NCBI GenBank assembly: GCA_039091335.1
Contig: JAWCME010000006.1
Span: 1 to 29,002, forward strand
From: Candidatus Aenigmatarchaeota archaeon
GTDB lineage: Archaea; Aenigmatarchaeota; Aenigmatarchaeia; CG10238-14; SCSR01
Length of the DNA: 29,002 nt
Reading direction: 5' to 3'
The notes under the pieces: generated by a model
What the model was told of the DNA's origin: nothing
The model's database searches: none
Seen by the model: the letters and a program-made list of their open reading frames with translations, nothing else
Made by a program: the position numbers and the translations under genes
In this document: positions 17,061 through 24,399 of the stretch, piece after piece
Numbering within the stretch: the first letter of the stretch is position 1
Layout: every line of letters begins with the position of its first letter

Positions 17061-19552
17061 TGCTAGTAGATAAGATTGAGTTTGGAGTGATTAGCCCAGA
17101 ACTGATTAAGGAAATGAGTGCTGCAAAAATTACAAAAACTGAGCTTTATGACCAAGAAGGATATCCGATAGAAGGAGGATTGATGGATCCTAGACTTGGT
17201 GTTGTAGACCCTGGTGTGAGATGTAGGACTTGTGGCGGTTCTGTCGGTGAATGTCAAGGACATTTTGGTTATTTAGAACTAACAAGACCGGTTATTCATG
17301 TTCTCTATGCAAAATTTTTATTCAGTTTACTCAAGATAGTTTGTAAAAAATGCAGTAGAATCCTTATTGAAGAAAAAGATTTGGAAAGTATTAAAGATAA
17401 GAAAATTACTTTCAAAGAATTAATGAAAATGATAAAGAAAAAGTGTCCTTATTGTGGAAGTTCTCAAGGAAAGCTGAAGTTTATTAAACCATATACTTTT
17501 ACAGAGGACAATGAAATTTTAAATCCTATAAAAATCAGGGAGAGACTTGAAAAAATTCCGACAGAGGATTTGGATGCTATTGGTTTTAAAAAAATTAGAC
17601 CAGAGTGGCTAGTATTAACACTTTTACCAATACCTCCTGTTACTGTCAGACCTTCTATAACATTAGAAACTGGTGAAAGGTCTGAAGATGATCTGACGCA
17701 TAAGCTTGTTGATATTGTAAGAATAAATGAAAGGTTGCATGAGAATATTGATTTAGGTGCTCCTGATTTTATAATCGAAGATTTATGGGAATTGCTGCAG
17801 TACCATGTTGGAACTTATTTTGATAATGAAATTTCTGGTGTACCACCTGCTAGACATAGGTCAGGAAGAATATTAAAAACTTTATCACAAAGACTGAAAA
17901 CAAAAGAAGGAAGGTTTAGGGGAAATTTAGCAGGAAAAAGAGTCAATTTTTCTGCAAGAACTGTTATCAGTCCGGATCCTATGATTGATGTGGATGAAGT
18001 CGGAGTTCCAGAAAGTATAGCAAAAGAATTGACTATACCTGTAAGAGTGAATGAAAAGAATATCGAAATTATGAGAAAAATTGTTTTAAACGGATCTGAA
18101 AACTGGCCTGGAGCAAATTATGTTATAAGGCCGGATGGTAGAAGAAAAAAAATTACTGAACAAAACAAAGAGGAAATCTCAAAGGAAATTTCTCCAGGTT
18201 ACATAGTTGAAAGGCATATAGCGGATGGAGATATAGCTTTATTCAATAGGCAGCCTAGTTTGCATAGAATGAGTATGATGGCTCATAGAATAAAAGTAAT
18301 GCCTTTCAAAACTTTTAGACTTAATCCTATCGTCTGCCCACCATATAATGCAGATTTTGATGGAGATGAGATGAACTTACACATACCACAAACTGAAGAA
18401 GCTCAAGCTGAGGCAAGAGCACTGATGGCTGTTCAGAGGCATATAAGAAGTCCTCGCTTCTCTGGCCCAATAGTAGGAATTATAAGAGATTGTTTATCTG
18501 GTTTATATTTATTAACCAAGGAAGACAAGAAGTTTGAAAGAAAGGAATTTGTCAGTTTAATAAGAAGTGTTGACCCTGAAATAGAAATACCTGACAAACA
18601 AACATTAACAGGAAAGGAAATATTCAGCTTATTTTTGCCAAAAGATTTTTCTATAACACATAAATCCAGATCTGGAGATGTTGTTGTAATAAAAAACGGT
18701 AAGCTTATTTCAGGAACAATAGATAAAGCAGCAGTTGGGGATGAAGAAGGAAAAATATTGGATAAAATTATGAAAGAATACGGGGCTGAGACTGTGAGAA
18801 AATTTTTATCAAATATTACTAAGCTTTCATTAGAATACTTGACAAGCATCGGATTTTCTGTTAGCATATCTGACCAAGACCTGCCAGAAAAAGTTAGAAT
18901 TGAAATAAAAAATATTATTGAAGTTGTGAGGAAGGATGTTGATGAGCTTATTAAGTCTTTTGAAAAAGGAGAATTAAAAGTTTTGACCGGTAGAACTCCT
19001 AAAGAAAGTTTAGAAACATTGATTAAAAGAAGGTTAAATAAATCGTTAGATGAGATTGAAGAAATTTTAGAAAAACATATAAAGGAAAATTCTACGCTCG
19101 TCATGGCAAAGAGTGGAGCAAGAGGAAGTTTGGTGAACGTTGTTCAAACAACTGCTTGTATAGGACAAGAAACAATCATGGGAGAAAGAATGGAAAGAGG
19201 ATATTATGAAAGAACTTTTCCCCATTTCAAACAAGGAGACATAAGCTTAGAAGCAAAAGGTTTTGTTAGTAGGGGGTTCAGAGACGGGTTGAGTCCATTT
19301 GAGTTTTTCTTCGATTCTATTAATAGCAGGGAGTCATTAATGGATAAATCACTCAAAACAAGACATTCTGGTTATATGGAAAGAAGATTGGTTGGTGCTT
19401 TGCAAGATCTAAAAGTTGAATATGATAGAACTGTTAGAGATAGTTCCAACAGAATTATACAGTTTATTCCTGGAGAAGATGGTCTAGATCCTTCAAAAGT
19501 TGAAAAAAGTGGTGTAGATGTCAGAAGAATTGCAGAAAAAATCTTTAGATGA
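17060..19552 (+). CDS. rpoA1: RNA polymerase subunit Rpo1N (A')
   Basis: N-terminal Zn sites, GRFRGNLAGKRVNFSARTVI, FNRQPSLH and the catalytic NADFDGDEMN motif. Confidence 0.97.
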   Translation: MLVDKIEFGVISPELIKEMSAAKITKTELYDQEGYPIEGGLMDPRLGVVDPGVRCRTCGGSVGECQGHFGYLELTRPVIHVLYAKFLFSLLKIVCKKCSRILIEEKDLESIKDKKITFKELMKMIKKKCPYCGSSQGKLKFIKPYTFTEDNEILNPIKIRERLEKIPTEDLDAIGFKKIRPEWLVLTLLPIPPVTVRPSITLETGERSEDDLTHKLVDIVRINERLHENIDLGAPDFIIEDLWELLQYHVGTYFDNEISGVPPARHRSGRILKTLSQRLKTKEGRFRGNLAGKRVNFSARTVISPDPMIDVDEVGVPESIAKELTIPVRVNEKNIEIMRKIVLNGSENWPGANYVIRPDGRRKKITEQNKEEISKEISPGYIVERHIADGDIALFNRQPSLHRMSMMAHRIKVMPFKTFRLNPIVCPPYNADFDGDEMNLHIPQTEEAQAEARALMAVQRHIRSPRFSGPIVGIIRDCLSGLYLLTKEDKKFERKEFVSLIRSVDPEIEIPDKQTLTGKEIFSLFLPKDFSITHKSRSGDVVVIKNGKLISGTIDKAAVGDEEGKILDKIMKEYGAETVRKFLSNITKLSLEYLTSIGFSVSISDQDLPEKVRIEIKNIIEVVRKDVDELIKSFEKGELKVLTGRTPKESLETLIKRRLNKSLDEIEEILEKHIKENSTLVMAKSGARGSLVNVVQTTACIGQETIMGERMERGYYERTFPHFKQGDISLEAKGFVSRGFRDGLSPFEFFFDSINSRESLMDKSLKTRHSGYMERRLVGALQDLKVEYDRTVRDSSNRIIQFIPGEDGLDPSKVEKSGVDVRRIAEKIFR

Positions 19553-22010
19553 AATTCATCTTCCACCAAATTTAATGGAAGAAATTGAAAATGTGGTAAA
19601 GGAAAAAAAATTGAACAAAGAACAGAAAAAAATATTGGAAGATGAGGTAAAAAAAATTTATCTCAACAGTGGGTTTGAGCCCGGAGAGGCAATAGGTATA
19701 ATTGCTGCTCAAAGCATTTCAGAACCAGCCACACAGATGTCATGTCCAGCAGACGAAAAAATTATAATCAAAAATGATGGAGAAATTAAAATTGTTAAAA
19801 TAGGTGATTTTGTAGATTCAACTATATTGGAGTTTGGCTCAAAAAAAATTGGGGATTCAGAAATTTGTGATTTGCCAAAAAATTCAAATTTACTAGCTCT
19901 TAGTTTAGACCAAAATGAAAAGGTTAGATGGAAAAAAATTATCTCTTGCATAAGGCACAGAAGTCCTAAAAAAATGATGAAAATTAAAACAAGATCTGGA
20001 AGAGAGATTATTGCTACTGACTATCACTCATTTGTTGTTAGAAAAAATAATACCATAGTACCCATGTCTGGAAAAAAATTAAGAATCGGTGATAGGATTC
20101 CTGTAATTAAGTTTCTTCCAGAAAATTGCAACGATTATATAAATTTTGAATCTGAAAGACTAAAATTAGACAATTCTTTTGGATGGTTTGTTGGTGCTTA
20201 CCTATCTGAGGGTAACATAAATAAAACACAAATAAACATCTCTAACATAGACAAAAACTTTTTATCAAATGCTAGAAATTTTGCAAACAAACTTAGATTG
20301 AAATATAAAGAAAGAGATTTCATTGGACAATTCGGTCCTAGTCATAGCTTTATTTTAAACTTTCCTAATTTAGCAAGATTAATTTTAGATATGTGCGATA
20401 CAGGATCGTATAAAAAAAGAGTTCCTGAGTTTGCTTACAGCGCATCAGAAGAATTTGTCTCAAGTTTACTTAGAGGTTATTTTGATGGTGATGGTAGTAT
20501 AAGTGTTAGTAGAAAGATGATAAGAATTCATTCTAATTCAGAAGAACTTGTCGATGGAATAAAACTTTTACTAACAAGATTTGGAATTTTTGCATACAAA
20601 TCCAAGGATAAAAAACAATTTTATCTTATTATTCCGTATAAATATGCTCCAACATTCTTAGAAAAAATTGGTTCGGACATAAGAGAAAAAAGAGAAAAAT
20701 TAAAAAAACTTGCAAAGTTAGCTAGAAAATTTTGGAACAATAAATCACAAGACTTTAATGATATGATTAACGGCTTTGGAGATGTTTTTTTACAAATAGC
20801 AAGAAAATTAAAATATCCTACACGATACATTAACAATTTTACTAAACGTCAAAAAATAGGAAGGACAACGTTATATCGTTACATAAAACTTTTTGATAAA
20901 TTAGCAAAGAGGAAAGGTGTGAAAATAGAAAAAGAACTTAATATTTTGAAAAGGATGTTCAATTCTGATGTTGTGTGGGATGAAATAGTAGAAATAAAAT
21001 ACATCAAACCTACGTCTGATTATGTATATGACATATCTGTTGAAGGTTTGGAAACTTTTACAACTTTCGATGGAATAATTACACATAACACAATGAGAAC
21101 CTATCATTTTGCAGGGTCTGCTGGAATAAGAGTTACATATGGTTTGCCAAGGCTGATAGAAATATTTGATGCGAAAAGAGAACCAGAAACTCCTTTTATG
21201 GATATCTATCTCAAAAAATCTTTTAATAACAGGGAAACTGCAAGAAAATTAGCAGAAGATATTGTTGAGAAGAAGGTGTCTGATGTCATAAAAAGTATTT
21301 CAATAAATTTAAGTGAAAACTCTATAGAGATAGAGCCAACTGATCTGAAAAGAGTTAGCACAATTATGAAACTAATAAAAGAAAGTATGAAGGAAGTTAA
21401 AGTTAGTGAGAGGGGCAAAAAAATTGTGGTTAAATTAAAACCTGAGATTGATGTGAAGGAGTTGCAAAGGATGAAAGTAAAAATTATGAATTTGCATGTT
21501 AGCGGAATAAAAGGAATATCAAACGCTATTATAAGAAGAGAAGGAGAAGAATGGATTATAAACACTATCGGGTCTAATTTAAAAGAAGTTTTATTATTAA
21601 AGGAAGTTGATGAAACAAGAACTGTTACTAATGATATACATGAAATAGCAAGTATTTTTGGGATTGAGGCTGCAAGAAATGCAATTATTAATGAAGCCTT
21701 AAAAACTTTGCAAGAGCAGGGATTGAATGTTGATATAAGGCATATCATTCTTGTTGGAGATATTATGACTTTTACTGGTGAAGTTAAGCCAATAGGAAGG
21801 TATGGTGTTGCAGGTGCTCAAACATCAATTCTTGCAAGAGCTGCTTTTGAAGAAACTATCAAGCATCTTGTGAGAGCATCAATCAGAAATGAGGTTGATA
21901 ATTTTCTTGGCATTTTTGAAAATGTAATGGTTGGTCAAGTTATTCCTTCAGGTACTGGTATGTTTGATTTGTTGGCAAAATTTGAAGAAACAGAAGAGGA
22001 GAAAAAATGA
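19518..22010 (+). CDS. rpoA2: RNA polymerase subunit Rpo1C (A''), intein-containing precursor (about 380 aa mature)
   Basis: GEAIGIIAAQSISEPATQM|TMRTYHFAG trigger loop split by an intein; GLPRLIE, GIEAARNAI, RHI and ARAAFE motifs. Confidence 0.96.
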   Translation: MSEELQKKSLDEIHLPPNLMEEIENVVKEKKLNKEQKKILEDEVKKIYLNSGFEPGEAIGIIAAQSISEPATQMSCPADEKIIIKNDGEIKIVKIGDFVDSTILEFGSKKIGDSEICDLPKNSNLLALSLDQNEKVRWKKIISCIRHRSPKKMMKIKTRSGREIIATDYHSFVVRKNNTIVPMSGKKLRIGDRIPVIKFLPENCNDYINFESERLKLDNSFGWFVGAYLSEGNINKTQINISNIDKNFLSNARNFANKLRLKYKERDFIGQFGPSHSFILNFPNLARLILDMCDTGSYKKRVPEFAYSASEEFVSSLLRGYFDGDGSISVSRKMIRIHSNSEELVDGIKLLLTRFGIFAYKSKDKKQFYLIIPYKYAPTFLEKIGSDIREKREKLKKLAKLARKFWNNKSQDFNDMINGFGDVFLQIARKLKYPTRYINNFTKRQKIGRTTLYRYIKLFDKLAKRKGVKIEKELNILKRMFNSDVVWDEIVEIKYIKPTSDYVYDISVEGLETFTTFDGIITHNTMRTYHFAGSAGIRVTYGLPRLIEIFDAKREPETPFMDIYLKKSFNNRETARKLAEDIVEKKVSDVIKSISINLSENSIEIEPTDLKRVSTIMKLIKESMKEVKVSERGKKIVVKLKPEIDVKELQRMKVKIMNLHVSGIKGISNAIIRREGEEWIINTIGSNLKEVLLLKEVDETRTVTNDIHEIASIFGIEAARNAIINEALKTLQEQGLNVDIRHIILVGDIMTFTGEVKPIGRYGVAGAQTSILARAAFEETIKHLVRASIRNEVDNFLGIFENVMVGQVIPSGTGMFDLLAKFEETEEEKK
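19740..21089 (+). mobile_element. Intein (450 aa) with LAGLIDADG homing endonuclease
   Basis: Starts SCPADEKI; TxxH block B (TDYH); LAGLIDADG blocks FVGAYLSEG and LLRGYFDGDG; block F VYDISV; ends ITHN followed by Thr+1. Confidence 0.95.
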
Positions 22011-22270
22011 CTTTAACAGAAGTCATACGAACTGCTCTGAAAGAAAATAAAGCAATAATCGGTTACAGAAAATCGATAAAATTTATAAAATTAAACACAG
22101 CAAAAATAATTGTGGTTGCAAAAAACTCTCCTGAAGAGATAAGAAAAGAAATCGAGCATAATGCAAAAATAAAAGGAGTTAAAGTTGAGATATTTGATGG
22201 TAGTAGTAAAGAATTGGGAGTTATTTGTGGCAAACCTTTTCCAGTAACAACTCTAGTTATAAAAGGATAG
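22007..22270 (+). CDS. rpl30e: 50S ribosomal protein L30e
   Basis: IIGYRKSIK and ELGVICGKPF motifs; conserved position after rpoA''. Confidence 0.92.
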   Translation: MTLTEVIRTALKENKAIIGYRKSIKFIKLNTAKIIVVAKNSPEEIRKEIEHNAKIKGVKVEIFDGSSKELGVICGKPFPVTTLVIKG

Positions 22271-22272
22271 AT

Positions 22273-22686
22273 ATGCAGAGATTTGACACAGAAGCAATAA
22301 GGCTCATGACTTTATTTGAAAATATTACTGGTGCTCCTGTAAAGGATTGTATAATTGACAATAATATTATTTACTTTGTTGTTGAAGAAGGAAAAGTCGG
22401 TATGGCAATTGGAAAGAATGGAAACAGTGTTAGAAATGCTGAGAAAAAAATCGGGAAAATTATAAAAATTTTTGAATTTTCAAATGATTTAGTTAATTTT
22501 GTTAAAAATCTTGTACCGCAAGCAGTGGAAGTGAAGGTTAAAAACGAGGGTGATAAAACAATCGTTGAAATTAAAGTTGAAAAGAAGGACAGAGCTTTGG
22601 TTATAGGAAGAGATGGAAAAAATTTAAGTTTATTCAAACAACTCTTACGAAGAACGCATAATGTGAATGATTTGATTATAAGGTGA
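22273..22686 (+). CDS. nusA: Archaeal NusA-like KH-domain protein
   Basis: [18 protein letters not shown] and [10 protein letters not shown] motifs; start ATG 22273 rather than 22225. Confidence 0.92.
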   Translation: MQRFDTEAIRLMTLFENITGAPVKDCIIDNNIIYFVVEEGKVGMAIGKNGNSVRNAEKKIGKIIKIFEFSNDLVNFVKNLVPQAVEVKVKNEGDKTIVEIKVEKKDRALVIGRDGKNLSLFKQLLRRTHNVNDLIIR

Positions 22687-22691
22687 AGATT

Positions 22692-23114
22692 TTGGCTGGT
22701 GAATTTGGCGCAAGAAAACTTAAGAAAAAGAGAAAACAGTTTAGGTGGAAAGATATTCACTACAAAAGAAGAATGCTTAGACTTTGGAAGAAAGACCCTT
22801 TAGAAGGGGCACCACAAGCTAGAGGAATTGTTATTGATAAACGTGGTGTGGAACAGAAAAAACCTGCTTCTGGTTTAACAAAAGCTGTAAGAGTACAGCT
22901 AATAAAAAACAACGTTCAAGTGACTGCTCATGTTCCTGGTGAGGGGGCGATTGATCTGATTAATGAGCATGATGAAGTTATTATTGAAAGTATAGGAGGA
23001 GCACAAGGTGGTCCGAAAGGAAGCATGTGGGGTATTAAGTATAAAGTTGTTGCTGTTAATGGTGTTGCCTTGAGTGAAATTCTTTCTGGAAAAAAACAAA
23101 AACCTACTAGGTAG
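22692..23114 (+). CDS. rps12: 30S ribosomal protein S12 (uS12), divergent
   Basis: [21 protein letters not shown] and EHDEV motifs; likely TTG start after the AGGTGA SD (the track gives GTG 22683). Confidence 0.95.
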   Translation: MAGEFGARKLKKKRKQFRWKDIHYKRRMLRLWKKDPLEGAPQARGIVIDKRGVEQKKPASGLTKAVRVQLIKNNVQVTAHVPGEGAIDLINEHDEVIIESIGGAQGGPKGSMWGIKYKVVAVNGVALSEILSGKKQKPTR

Positions 23115-23119
23115 ATTGA

Positions 23120-23476
23120 ATGATAAATCCATTTAAAATTTTATATAAAGCTTTGATTGAAAGACCTTCTCTAGAGCTTACTTATCTTATACATAAATTG
23201 GACAAAAAACAGATTGAATTATGGAAAATTTTACGTCGATATCTGGTAAGAAAAAATTTAGTTCCCTACGAAAGAATTATTGATATAGTTGAAAAAAATG
23301 CTCCTTACCTATCTAATAATTTATTTTATGATTTAGAAAGACTTGCTGACAGAAATTATTTAGAAAGAGGAATAATATTTCCCAAAAAATCTGGAATTGC
23401 AGTTTATGGTTATAAAAATGGATGGAAGAAACCAGAAACAAAAGAAGAATTTTTAAAATCCAAGGGGATGAAATGA
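23120..23476 (+). CDS. Hypothetical protein, possibly winged-helix-like, between S12 and S7
   Basis: 118-aa ORF starting 5 nt after the S12 stop, with an ATGA overlap into S7. Confidence 0.65.
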   Translation: MINPFKILYKALIERPSLELTYLIHKLDKKQIELWKILRRYLVRKNLVPYERIIDIVEKNAPYLSNNLFYDLERLADRNYLERGIIFPKKSGIAVYGYKNGWKKPETKEEFLKSKGMK

Positions 23477-24075
23477 GTGAAATAAAAATTTTTGGCAAAT
23501 GGTCTACAGAAGGAATAGAAGTAAAAGATCCTGGTTTAATAAAATATATAAACTTACAGCCAGTATTAATTCCAAGATCTGATGGAAGATATGTCAAGCA
23601 ACAGTTCCACAAATCAAAGATGAATATTGTTGAAAGGCTGATGAACAAATTGCAGGTGCCTGGCCATAGAGGGAAAAAACATTTATTAACTTCAGGGAGA
23701 GCAGTTGGAAAAACTTTAACTCATTATAAAATTGTAAAAAAAGTTTTTGAAAATATTGAGCAAAAGACAAAAAAAAATCCTATAGAAGTTTTGGTTAGAG
23801 CTATAGAAAATTCTGCCTTACGCGAAGAAATAACCCAATACCAAGTTGGTGGAATAATTGTAAGAAGAGCTGTTGTTACTAGTCCTCAAAGAAGGGTTGA
23901 TTTGGCTTTGAGCAATATAGTTCAAGCCGCCTATAGAAAAGCTTTTGGAAGAAAAGAGAGCATGGTTGATACTTTAACTGAAGAAATTATTGCTGCTTAT
24001 AATAATGATGCTAACAAAAGCGAAGCAATAAAAGAGAAAGAAAGAATAGAAAGAGAAGCCGAAGGAGCAAGATAA
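23473..24075 (+). CDS. rps7: 30S ribosomal protein S7 (uS7)
   Basis: IFGKW, DPGL, IVERLMNKL, NPIEVLVRAIENS, SPQRRVDLAL and KERIEREA motifs; start ATG 23473. Confidence 0.96.
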   Translation: MSEIKIFGKWSTEGIEVKDPGLIKYINLQPVLIPRSDGRYVKQQFHKSKMNIVERLMNKLQVPGHRGKKHLLTSGRAVGKTLTHYKIVKKVFENIEQKTKKNPIEVLVRAIENSALREEITQYQVGGIIVRRAVVTSPQRRVDLALSNIVQAAYRKAFGRKESMVDTLTEEIIAAYNNDANKSEAIKEKERIEREAEGAR

Positions 24076-24089
24076 ATAATTTACATTAT

Positions 24090-24277
24090 TTGTTTCATAG
24101 CAGTTTTGAACAATTATGATTAGCATTTAGTGCAGTATTTTAGAGCTATAGTTTTCCAACTACACATTTACATTCCTTTTTATAGGCAGCCCCTACAATT
24201 TCACCAGTAGTTTCATTGACAAAGTATGCTTCTCCTTGAGTCATTATGAAATCTTTGACTATAAGATATACAACTAA
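24090..24277 (-). pseudogene. Probable remnant of a Cys-rich protein gene
   Basis: Open frame LVVYLIVKDFIMTQGEAYFVNETTGEIVGAAYKKECKCVVGKL* (24277-24146), followed by Cys-containing fragments in shifted frames (KYCTKC, NCYE). Confidence 0.35.
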
Positions 24278-24302
24278 TCATGTCTAAAACTACTTGATGT
24301 AA
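24275..24302 (+). repeat. 28-nt perfect inverted copy of EF-2 coding segment 25126-25153
   Basis: TAATCATGTCTAAAACTACTTGATGTAA is the exact reverse complement of TTACATCAAGTAGTTTTAGACATGATTA. Confidence 0.95.
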
Positions 24303-24399
24303 CACCGCAACCAAGATTAACTTAATTTATTTAAAAATTTTTGAACCAAATCTTTAAAAGAATTAAGTTCTAAAGTTTAATTTATTATTTGGCGATAAG

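Noticed and set aside
24200..24330. CRISPR array or box C/D guide around the 28-nt antisense element
   Set aside because: No flanking direct repeats, no convincing RTGATGA/CTGA box pair, and no cas or Argonaute genes in the window.
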